Shown here: piece by piece, positions 7,881 to 15,476 of the stretch | How the letters are laid out: every line of letters starts with the position of its first letter | How positions within the stretch are numbered: the stretch's first letter is position 1 | NCBI GenBank assembly: GCA_014379065.1 | Contig: JACMMM010000675.1 | Location: 1 to 40,740 of the forward strand | Source: Saprospiraceae bacterium | Lineage (GTDB): Bacteria > Bacteroidota > Bacteroidia > Chitinophagales > Saprospiraceae | Reading direction: 5' to 3' | Length of the DNA: 40,740 nt | Notes under the pieces: model-generated | Seen by the model: the letters and a program-made list of their open reading frames with translations, nothing else | Databases searched by the model: none | Told to the model about the DNA's origin: nothing | Translations under genes and position numbers: made by a program

Positions 7881-8201
7881 CGGTGCTACGCACCTTATGT
7901 CATTCCTCAATGGTCTTTCTACCGACGTTTTGGCTGCTACGCAGCGACACCTTGGTTGGCTTTCCTATTGCCGCAGAGCGGCTTAACGTCGGTAGAAATT
8001 GTGATTTTGGTTCGTTCAGAAGGTGCAGCGCACCGGAACTCTGCGCTTTGCTTTCCCAATTTCATTGCTTTTCCAAAATAGTTTACGCACTGCGTAAACT
8101 ATGAAGAAATTGTGGCTTTGATTTATTGAGTAGGTACAGCGCACCGCAACCTCGTATCGAAGGTTACTTTCCTAATAATTAGACGCACTGCGTCAATTAT
8201 T
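7881..8201. repeat. REP/REPIN-like cluster right of the RAYT gene
   Basis: One full unit at 7881-8036 has the same outer and inner arms, with the right arm variant AGGTGCAGCGCACC. It is followed by two copies of a second module: AGGT(G/A)CAGCGCACCG, then a hairpin with core ACGCACTGCGT (8078-8102 and 8174-8201). Confidence 0.8.
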
Positions 8202-8296
8202 GGAATCCGGAAGATTGGTACCTAGCAAACCACTATAAATTGCTTTCAAAACAAAACTGGCTGCCCAAGCATTCCGCTCGAACAGCCAGTTAAAAT

Positions 8297-8366
8297 CGTC
8301 ATTGGGTCATTTATCGTTATTGGGTCATTGAGAATGACGATAAATGACCCAATGACCTAAATGACG
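8297..8366. repeat. GTCATT-word palindrome immediately downstream of the aconitase stop (terminator candidate)
   Basis: GTCATTGGGTCATTTATCGT pairs with ACGATAAATGACCCAATGAC, a stem of about 20 bp. It uses the same word family as 4230-4304. Confidence 0.75.
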
Positions 8367-8368
8367 TC

Positions 8369-10642
8369 CTATTTCACCCCAAAATCCTTCCGAATCTTAT
8401 TCAACGCGCTCCCCGCATTCACCCACTCAATTTGAGCGTCATTATAGGTGTGGTTCACGTCAAATTTCTCGGTCGTGCCGTCTGAGTGCGAGAGCACGAT
8501 CTGAAGCGGCTTGCCGGGCGCGAATTTGTCGAATCCAAGAATGCTCACTTTGTCGTCCTGACGCACCTTATCGTAGTCTTCGATATTGGCGAAAGTGAGC
8601 GCCAACATCCCCTGCTTTTTCAAGTTGGTCTGGTGGATACGGGCGAATGATTTGACCACTACGGCTTTTACGCCAAGGTAGCGGGGTTCCATCGCGGCGT
8701 GTTCGCGGCTGCTGCCTTCGCCGAGGTTTTCCTCGCCAAAGATGATGGTGCCGATGCCTTTTTTCTGATAGAGTCGAGCCGAAGCGGGGACTTCCATGAA
8801 CTGGCCGTTCTCGGTGTTCAGCACTTTATTGCGCTCTCCGTTGAAGGCGTTTTCAGCCCCGATGTAGCAGTTGTTGGAAATGTTCTCCAAGTGACCGCGG
8901 TACTTGAGCCAAGGGCCAGCCATCGAAATATGGTCGGTGGTACATTTGCCTTTGGCTTTGATGAGCACACGCATGTCGCTCAACTCGCTGTTCGTGATGG
9001 GCTTGAACGGCTTGAGCAATTGTAGCCGGTTGCTGTCTTTGGCGACGGCAATTTTGATCGCGCCTTTGGCTGGAGCGATATATCCTGCGTCTCCTACGGC
9101 GAATCCTGCCTTGGGCAATTCAATACCTTTCGGCGCTGCCAGTTTAACTTGCTCCCCTTTTTTATTGGTTAAAGTTCCTTTTTTAGGGTTGAAAGTCAAG
9201 TCCCCCGCAATGGCAAAAGCAGTCACGATTTCTGGCGAGGCCACAAACGCATGGGTGTTTGCATTGCCGTCATTGCGCTTGGAAAAGTTGCGGTTGTACG
9301 AGGTCATGATGGAATTCGGGCGGTTCTCGTCGTCAATGTGCCGCGCCCATTGTCCGATGCAAGGGCCGCAAGCATTGGCGAGTACCATGCCGCCGATTTT
9401 TTCAAAATCGCTCAAAAGCCCGTCGCGCTCGGCGGTGAAGCGGATTTGCTCCGAGCCAGGCGTGATAGTAAATTCCGACTTGACTTCAATGCCTTGTTCA
9501 TACGCCTGACGCGCAACGGAAGCCGCACGCGTGAGATCTTCATAACTTGAGTTGGTGCAGGATCCAATGAGGCCAACTTCCAGTTTAGCCGGGTAATTGT
9601 TCTTCTTGACGGCTGCGGCGAACTTTGACAAGGGCCAAGCCAGATCTGGCGTGAACGGCCCGTTGATGTGCGGCTCGAGTTTGCTCAAATCAATCTCGAT
9701 CACTTGATCGAAGTATTTTTCCGGGTTGGCGTAGCACTCGGCATCGCCGGTGAGGTAGTCGGCCACCTTGTTGCACATCGAAGCCACTTTGCTGCGGCCG
9801 GTGGCTTTGAGGTAACGCGCCATGCTTTTGTCGTAGCCAAAAGTCGAGGTCGTGGCGCCGATTTCTGCGCCCATGTTGCAGATCGTGCCTTTTCCGGTAG
9901 CGCTCATGCTTTGTGCGCCGGGGCCAAAATATTCAACGATGGCACCCGTGCCGCCTTTTACAGTCAGGATGCCAGCTACTTTCAAAATCACGTCTTTGGG
10001 CGAAGACCAGCCGCGCAATTTGCCGGTGAGTTTCACGCCAATGAGTTTGGGCATTTGAAGTTCCCAAGCCATGCCGCTCATCGCGTCCACAGCATCTGCA
10101 CCGCCTACGCCGATGGCGACCATTCCGAGGCCGCCAGCGTTGACGGTATGGGAGTCCGTACCGATCATCATACCGCCCGGGAAGGCGTAGTTTTCGAGCA
10201 CAATTTGGTGAATGATGCCAGCGCCGGGTTTCCAGAATCCGATGCCGTATTTCTGAGAAACGGTGCTGAGGAAGTCAAAAACTTCTTTGTTTTTGTCCAA
10301 AGCCACCGCCATGTCCTTTACTGCGCCAACCTCGGCGGTAATCAGGTGATCGCAGTGAACAGTGCTGGGCACGGCGACCTTTTTGCGTCCGCAGGTCATA
10401 AATTGCAACAAGGCCATTTGGGCCGTTGCGTCCTGCATGGCTACACGGTCTACTTGGAAAAACACGTAATCACCACCGCGCTTGTAGTCCGTGAGCGGGT
10501 TATCGGGGTGAAGGTGAGCAAAAAGGATTTTTTCGGAAAGCGTGAGCGGGCGTTGCAGTTTGGTTTTGGCGGCGTCCACGCGGGAGGGGAGGGAGGCGTA
10601 GAACGCCTTGAGCATTTTAAGGTCGAATATAGTCGAGGCCAT
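8369..10642 (-). CDS. acnA: Aconitate hydratase (mitochondrial-type monomeric aconitase)
   Basis: The protein starts [15 protein letters not shown]. It carries [19 protein letters not shown] and [10 protein letters not shown] (cluster Cys ligands), and SYNRNF..RNDGN. I chose the ATG at 10642 (complement of 10640-10642). The 43-aa extension in the ORF track has no family support and overlaps the promoter box. Confidence 0.95.
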   Translation of the reverse strand: MASTIFDLKMLKAFYASLPSRVDAAKTKLQRPLTLSEKILFAHLHPDNPLTDYKRGGDYVFFQVDRVAMQDATAQMALLQFMTCGRKKVAVPSTVHCDHLITAEVGAVKDMAVALDKNKEVFDFLSTVSQKYGIGFWKPGAGIIHQIVLENYAFPGGMMIGTDSHTVNAGGLGMVAIGVGGADAVDAMSGMAWELQMPKLIGVKLTGKLRGWSSPKDVILKVAGILTVKGGTGAIVEYFGPGAQSMSATGKGTICNMGAEIGATTSTFGYDKSMARYLKATGRSKVASMCNKVADYLTGDAECYANPEKYFDQVIEIDLSKLEPHINGPFTPDLAWPLSKFAAAVKKNNYPAKLEVGLIGSCTNSSYEDLTRAASVARQAYEQGIEVKSEFTITPGSEQIRFTAERDGLLSDFEKIGGMVLANACGPCIGQWARHIDDENRPNSIMTSYNRNFSKRNDGNANTHAFVASPEIVTAFAIAGDLTFNPKKGTLTNKKGEQVKLAAPKGIELPKAGFAVGDAGYIAPAKGAIKIAVAKDSNRLQLLKPFKPITNSELSDMRVLIKAKGKCTTDHISMAGPWLKYRGHLENISNNCYIGAENAFNGERNKVLNTENGQFMEVPASARLYQKKGIGTIIFGEENLGEGSSREHAAMEPRYLGVKAVVVKSFARIHQTNLKKQGMLALTFANIEDYDKVRQDDKVSILGFDKFAPGKPLQIVLSHSDGTTEKFDVNHTYNDAQIEWVNAGSALNKIRKDFGVK

Positions 10643-10669
10643 TTCTTGTGTTTTTGTCAAAAAAGTGCG

Positions 10670-10677
10670 CAAATGTA
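10670..10677 (-). promoter_or_regulatory. Bacteroidota-type -7 box TACATTTG for aconitase
   Basis: The reverse complement of CAAATGTA is TAcaTTTG, located 28 nt upstream of the chosen ATG. Confidence 0.45.
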
Positions 10678-10678
10678 G

Positions 10679-11323
10679 ATGTTTCGCGGCAAAAAAGGAA
10701 CGAGTGATGAAGGAAAAAGTTCGGGAACTTGTAATGTTTCGCATCATCTTGCGACTAATCTTTTTAAACAAAACTCTGTGGCTTTACCCGACGCAGCATT
10801 CGTTCAGTTATTGGTTCAACATCAGAACATCGTGCACAAAATCTGCCGGGCATATTGCCCATTGGTGGAAGACCAGCGCGACCTTTCTCAGGAAATCGCG
10901 CTTCAACTCTGGCGGGCCTATCCCAATTTTCGGAACGAGGCAAAAGAAAGCACTTGGATTTACCGCCTTCGTACCAATTTTTTTGCGCTCAAAAACCTGA
11001 ACAAAGGCATTTCCATGCATCAACCGCTTCGTCTGATGCTTAAGGAGTCCATCCAGTTTTGGCAATTAGGCCTGAAGGTTTACTTCTGGGGCGGAGTATT
11101 GTTGTTGCCCATTGTGTTTATGGCTGCAAGGTTGTGGCGGCAACAAACCATCGGCACTGACAGCCTCCAGTTTTTTACAGGCAGTACTCCCGTAGTTATG
11201 TTCAAGGCAGCGCTTGCCTGGGTATCTGTTTCAGCTTTGGTTTGGGTTTTAATCAAGTTTTCCTACGGGAAATATGTAGACAAACTGAAAACATGCCTCA
11301 ACGAAATGGACGCGGTGGTATGA
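10679..11323 (+). CDS. Sigma-70 region-2-like N-terminal domain fused to a two-TM C-terminal half (atypical; start uncertain)
   Basis: [56 protein letters not shown] is an ECF region 2. No region-4 HTH appears in any frame downstream. Instead there are two hydrophobic helices ([20 protein letters not shown] and [18 protein letters not shown]). An in-frame GTG at 10778 is an alternative start. Confidence 0.5.
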   Translation: MFRGKKGTSDEGKSSGTCNVSHHLATNLFKQNSVALPDAAFVQLLVQHQNIVHKICRAYCPLVEDQRDLSQEIALQLWRAYPNFRNEAKESTWIYRLRTNFFALKNLNKGISMHQPLRLMLKESIQFWQLGLKVYFWGGVLLLPIVFMAARLWRQQTIGTDSLQFFTGSTPVVMFKAALAWVSVSALVWVLIKFSYGKYVDKLKTCLNEMDAVV

Positions 11324-11336
11324 ACTGGCTCATGGT

Positions 11337-12119
11337 TCACTTCCTACGAAAAACATTTTCATCGGTTCGAATAGATGGAATGGTCAATTTGTCCTGTTCA
11401 ATATAATAGTGCCCATATTCCCGTGCATTGCCATTAACCCTATCTGTATAAAGCATTCCGCCTCCCGTACACCAAACTGTATAACTCAGGGATAATTCAT
11501 GCTCAGGTCGCTTTCCCCAAATGCGTTCCAATTTATCATCTCGGCTAAACATCATCATATTGCCGTCCGCATGAACGGAGAGATACATTGCCACACCTAC
11601 ATTTTCCCAGATGCCTATTAGGTTTGGGTCAAAATTGCAGGGGACTTGCAAGTTAGAGTCTGTTGCCTTTATGAAGGTGGAAGAGAGTGCAAACTTTTGT
11701 TTGTAATGCTCCATCCTTAGTAAATCGATTTTTTCTGGCCAGGACGATTTCCGCAATGTCACGGTTGTTCTTTCCGGGACAACTGCACTGGGGAATTGTT
11801 TAATTTCTTGTTCTGTCAAGCGGATTGAATCGCTGGCTGGATTCCCTGAAATGGTGAACCCAAAGGAGGGCTCGGCAAAAGTTTTCAAGCCGACAAAGCC
11901 AAATTTTACCTTACTGGCCGTAGTTTGGCTGTCAATTTGTACAAGGGCTACAGAATAACATTCCTTATCGTATACCAGATAGCCTTGCCAAGCATTCTTT
12001 CCAACAGATTCGATCTGAAGCGAAACCATATTACCATAGATCACCCCGGTGAAATATTGGGCGAAAAGTGGTTTTGACAACGCAAAGACAATGGTCAGGG
12101 CAATGAAAAATTTGGACAT
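11337..12119 (-). CDS. Secreted hypothetical protein
   Basis: The ATG at 12119 gives the signal peptide MSKFFIALTIVFALSKPLFAQ. The 19-aa extension in the ORF track (MKIAQKDNTFTKN..) is read-through from the M1-gene relic upstream. Confidence 0.6.
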   Translation of the reverse strand: MSKFFIALTIVFALSKPLFAQYFTGVIYGNMVSLQIESVGKNAWQGYLVYDKECYSVALVQIDSQTTASKVKFGFVGLKTFAEPSFGFTISGNPASDSIRLTEQEIKQFPSAVVPERTTVTLRKSSWPEKIDLLRMEHYKQKFALSSTFIKATDSNLQVPCNFDPNLIGIWENVGVAMYLSVHADGNMMMFSRDDKLERIWGKRPEHELSLSYTVWCTGGGMLYTDRVNGNAREYGHYYIEQDKLTIPSIRTDENVFRRK

Positions 12120-12136
12120 GGCGGACACAGCAGTTA

Positions 12137-12310
12137 GGTTTTTCGTAAACGTGTTGTCTTTCTGCGCAATCTTCACCCGCTGGCGGTAGAGTGTTTTGCC
12201 GTATTTTTTGTCGCCTTCCGGCTTAGAAAAAGCACCAATTTCTATACAGTCATTACAGGCACTTCGGTCTCTTTACCGAGTTCGTCGGCTTTGAGTTTGC
12301 GGCATTCACC
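12137..12310 (-). pseudogene. Frameshifted relic of the 3' end of an ABC-permease/M1-peptidase gene (copy of 17229-17415)
   Basis: It aligns by eye to 17253-17415 with about a dozen substitutions and a 1-nt deletion. It translates as ECRKLKADELGKETEVPVMTV-stop, then out of frame as IGAFSKPEGDKKYGKTLYRQRVKIAQKDNTFT. The intact gene reads ECRKLKADELGKETEVPVNDWIEIGAFAKPEGDKKYGKTLYRQRVKIAQKDNTFT. Confidence 0.75.
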
Positions 12311-12317
12311 TAAGTTG

Positions 12318-13913
12318 TTATTTGTTCCTAGCCACCCTAAAGCCTATAGAAGTTTGTTTGATTTCGGGGCTAAAAAAATTGCGGCAAAAGACGGTACAGC
12401 GTTTTTCCCGGTAGCTATATGCTCCGCCTCGAATAACCTTTGTGGTGCCTAAAAGCGGGCCTGGAACATTTTTAGCAGGGGTTCGGCTAGAAAAACCATC
12501 ATAATAATCTGCATGATACCAATCCCAGCACCACTCCATAACATTCCCGCTCATATCATATAACCCTAATTGATTTTTGTTTTTTAAAGAGCCCGTAGGC
12601 AATGTACGCAACCGGGCTTTATCGGCCTCAATGTTAATAAGCCCCACATCATAATTGACTGTTTCTTTAGTAATCACGTTATGCCCGTTGCCAAATTTTA
12701 CATCTTTGCCTCCTCCTCTTGCCGCATATTCCCATTCAGCTTCGGTAGGTAGCCGATAGCCATTTGCACCTGGATTTGTGGTTACTACGTTGTATTCATC
12801 TATTTTATACACTTCAGCAAATCCATCCTTTTTACTTCTCCAGTTGCAATAGTTGATGGCATCAAGCCAACTGATATTCATGACAGGACGATCACCTCGC
12901 CCCCAACCTTCATCTGGTGGTTTTGGATAATGCGTCTCCGAACAAAATGCATCATACTCCTTAAATTTCAATTCTTTTACTCCAATATAGAAGTCGGCAA
13001 CTTGTGCAGGATGAGGCGTTTCGTCTTTTTTTTCTCTATTTTTTTCTTTCTCAAATGTATTGCCCATTTCGAAAGACCCTCCAGATACCAAAGTCATCTG
13101 CGGCTTGGATTTGATTACAAGGGTATTAATCATGTCAATTGCATCCTTTTTATACCGGCAAGGCCATTGACAGGAATTAAGGTATTTTTGAATAGAGTCT
13201 AAATCTTCATAAGGGTTGACTGATAGCCAATGCAATTCATCCCTTTTTATCTGGTTTATTAGATTTGTTTTCCTGTCCAATGCCTTTCGCTTATATATGC
13301 ATAAACATATTGGGCCACAATATGGTGGATTGCAATATTTTAGATATTCTGAATCAATTTTATTAGGGTCATTTGTATTTTCTACGGATTTCCATCTGTT
13401 TAAATCAATACTGATTAGATTGTTAAGGGTGTCAATTCTTGCCAAGGCTTGCTTTGAATAGGCACAATTGGTTTCTTGTTTGCATTTATCAAGGTATTCC
13501 GATTGTATGTATGCCGGGTCAATGGATTTTTTTACTTTATTCCAAAGTTGTTCATCAAGCTCTGGGTTGGAGGGAAATTGATTTCTTTGATCCTCTCCTT
13601 TGAAATCATCCTTTTTATCATCATGATTCGGAATATATTTCTCAATTTCTTTTTGCGTTTCTTTAATTTTTAACTCCAAGCTATGGCAATCATCCTTGTT
13701 GATGGCAAGTTTATCCGGATTTGTGCAGCAACTTGAAGATAATCCATCCTTATATACCCTAAGAGCGGATTGTAATTTGCTTATTTTCTTGTCCCGAACG
13801 CCCATTTGATATAGGCTATCCCCATTGTTTAAAAAAGGATAGCAACATGGTTTACCCTGAGCGGATAACAATACAGGGAACACGAACAGAAATAGGTAGA
13901 AAAAATGTCTCAT
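12318..13913 (-). CDS. Secreted protein: Cys-rich helical repeats plus a C-terminal FGE-sulfatase (SUMF1/EgtB/PvdO-fold) domain
   Basis: Signal peptide MRHFFYLFLFVFPVLLSAQ. Three repeats follow the pattern W..V....D...I..EYL..C....C.YK..A...I..L. The C-terminal half has MTLVSGGSFEMGN, RPVMNISWLDAINYCNW, YRLPTEAEWEYAARGG, YDMSGNVMEWCWDWY, RGGAY and GFRVARN, which are classic FGE-sulfatase fold motifs. Confidence 0.8.
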   Translation of the reverse strand: MRHFFYLFLFVFPVLLSAQGKPCCYPFLNNGDSLYQMGVRDKKISKLQSALRVYKDGLSSSCCTNPDKLAINKDDCHSLELKIKETQKEIEKYIPNHDDKKDDFKGEDQRNQFPSNPELDEQLWNKVKKSIDPAYIQSEYLDKCKQETNCAYSKQALARIDTLNNLISIDLNRWKSVENTNDPNKIDSEYLKYCNPPYCGPICLCIYKRKALDRKTNLINQIKRDELHWLSVNPYEDLDSIQKYLNSCQWPCRYKKDAIDMINTLVIKSKPQMTLVSGGSFEMGNTFEKEKNREKKDETPHPAQVADFYIGVKELKFKEYDAFCSETHYPKPPDEGWGRGDRPVMNISWLDAINYCNWRSKKDGFAEVYKIDEYNVVTTNPGANGYRLPTEAEWEYAARGGGKDVKFGNGHNVITKETVNYDVGLINIEADKARLRTLPTGSLKNKNQLGLYDMSGNVMEWCWDWYHADYYDGFSSRTPAKNVPGPLLGTTKVIRGGAYSYREKRCTVFCRNFFSPEIKQTSIGFRVARNK

Positions 13914-13926
13914 TAATCAAGAATTG

Positions 13927-15354
13927 TTATTTTTTATAGTATTCATAAAGGTTTTTATAAAAAGTGGAATCCTTTGGATGATATATTATAGAAACCATAA
14001 TGTCTCCAAAAATATCCTCATAAGAATAAGAATGCTTAGCCCATTCAGCATAAGTATCAACCCGATCTTGGCGATACTCTAATCTTTTTATAGATTCATT
14101 AGCTTCACCTTTATAAGCACCGTTTGGGAACGCGCTATTGAAATTTTTCCAAACCGGAAGCGTGTCTAGCCGTCGTGCCTCTTGGATGGCCATGTCTTCT
14201 TTTTTTGATATAGGATTAGGTTTGGGGGGAATAATGCAAGTAATAAAAATCAGGAAGGCTAATGCAATTACAGCATAGGAAATCAATTTCCCGTGCCTCT
14301 CCCAAACATCAGACAATATTTGGTATATATTTGGGAGGCTGGGAGGTGCCTTAGTATTAGTTGAGTTTTTGTGGTTATTGGATGTTGTCGGAACTTCTTT
14401 TTGTATAGGCTTCTGCGACGTTCTCTGGCGACCCGACTGACTAGGTTTTATTTTATTTTTGATTTCTTTTTCGAGTACTTGAACAGGAGGTGCTGGAATC
14501 GGATTTATATCCGCTATGTTTTCAAGTTTTGCAATTTCCAATCCACATTCGGAAATTCGACTTTCCACTAAAACGCGATCTACTTCAAACCCTGACTCCC
14601 AATTTTCATGCGCCTTTTCATACATTTTTATGGCTTGGCTCCAATTTCTTTGATCCCTAAAGTCCTCAGCCACCTTCATTGAAGAAAGAAACATACTTTT
14701 CCTACTTTCAAATTGTCGCGCCTCATTTTCCTTGGCGATCTGCTCCTGGCATAGTATGATCTTTTGGTTAATCTCTTCTTTTTCAGGTTTCAAATCCAGT
14801 TGCCAGAAAGCGAGTGCAGATGTAAATTTCGAAAGCGATCCTTCCCATTGTTGCGTATTAAACAGATCATCGGCATCTTTAATTAGCCCTTCAAACGCTT
14901 TCTTGTTGCGGCGTTTTTTGGCAACCAGCTCAATTTGTTCTGTAACCTCGTATACCGCATCATCTAAATTCTTTTGCCTCATAGGTATCCCGTCTGTAGG
15001 CAAATATTTTATAGGTTTTAAAGGCGTATGCTCCAGACTACATGGGCCGATTTTAACGGGTATAACAATTGCCTCACCGTCTATATGCCTTTGGACAGCT
15101 TTGTCCATATAATCCGAATAAAAATAATCAGAACCTAAGGCATCTGTACTGACCAACAAAACAATTATTTCAGCACGTAAAAGTTGAGCGTTTAATATAT
15201 CCAAAGTTACATCTCCAGGGAGTATGTCATTCTCATCCCCTATTACAATAATTCCAGTCTTAGCCAAGGGAGTCAACCCTTTTCTAAGTTTATCCCTGAC
15301 CACTTTATCTTCGACTACACTAGCCAGAAGAACATTAATTGGCTTCATTTGCAC
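13927..15354 (-). CDS. Membrane-anchored TIR-like domain protein (cytoplasmic TIR_2-like N-terminus, helical region, low-complexity linker, one TM, extracytoplasmic C-terminal module)
   Basis: ILPGDVTLDILNAQLLRAEIIVLLVSTDALGSDYFYSDYMDKAVQRHIDGEAIVIPVKIGPC....LKPIKYLPTDGIPM tracks the bacterial TIR_2 pattern (ILPG..W...I...L..ADIILLLIS.DFLASDYCY..EM..A.ERH..GEARVIPI.LRPC......L.ALP.DGKP). The TM helix is LISYAVIALAFLIFITCIIPP. The gene is 13 nt from the FGE-domain gene, so they are probably co-transcribed. Confidence 0.65.
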   Translation of the reverse strand: MQMKPINVLLASVVEDKVVRDKLRKGLTPLAKTGIIVIGDENDILPGDVTLDILNAQLLRAEIIVLLVSTDALGSDYFYSDYMDKAVQRHIDGEAIVIPVKIGPCSLEHTPLKPIKYLPTDGIPMRQKNLDDAVYEVTEQIELVAKKRRNKKAFEGLIKDADDLFNTQQWEGSLSKFTSALAFWQLDLKPEKEEINQKIILCQEQIAKENEARQFESRKSMFLSSMKVAEDFRDQRNWSQAIKMYEKAHENWESGFEVDRVLVESRISECGLEIAKLENIADINPIPAPPVQVLEKEIKNKIKPSQSGRQRTSQKPIQKEVPTTSNNHKNSTNTKAPPSLPNIYQILSDVWERHGKLISYAVIALAFLIFITCIIPPKPNPISKKEDMAIQEARRLDTLPVWKNFNSAFPNGAYKGEANESIKRLEYRQDRVDTYAEWAKHSYSYEDIFGDIMVSIIYHPKDSTFYKNLYEYYKK

Positions 15355-15373
15355 TCTAAAGCTACGTTTTTAA

Positions 15374-15422
15374 CAAAGGTAGACATATTTGTTAAAATGC
15401 TGCTAGAAACATTTTATCTTTG
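15374..15422. promoter_or_regulatory. Divergent promoter region: TACCTTTG on the minus strand (15374-15381) and TATCTTTG on the plus strand (15415-15422)
   Basis: Both match TAnnTTTG. The minus box is 20 nt from the TIR-gene ATG (15354). The plus box is 55 nt from the ATG at 15477. Confidence 0.45.
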
Positions 15423-15476
15423 TCCCTGAATCACAAGATACCATCCTATACCTCACCCTATAACTTTTAGAATGTA

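Noticed and set aside
6878-8104. ORFs 6878-7138, 7128-7535, 7184-7441 and 7883-8104, with recurring peptides such as RRCVAPE, LRCYAP and YRRLAATQ.
   Set aside because: The recurring peptides are simply translations of the REP/REPIN inverted repeats. These ORFs overlap hairpin DNA and the RAYT gene on the opposite strand, so they are not coding.
6862-8201. Possible CRISPR array, because of regularly recurring ~14-nt sequences.
   Set aside because: The repeats alternate in inverted orientation and pair with each other as nested hairpins. The intervening sequences are themselves repeated. An HUH transposase sits in the middle, and no cas genes are present. This is a REP/REPIN cluster, not CRISPR.
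10643-10771. N-terminal extensions in the ORF track. Examples are aconitase (+43 aa), the ABC ATPase 21653-21763, the BNR protein 23498-23815, the M1 peptidase 32190-32261, bamA 39105-39221, 11337-12176, and 956-1006 (the extension of the ORF I call at 569-955).
   Set aside because: In each case an internal ATG gives the expected family N-terminus or a clean signal peptide. The extension either overlaps a promoter box, a repeat or the neighbouring gene, or is translated relic sequence.
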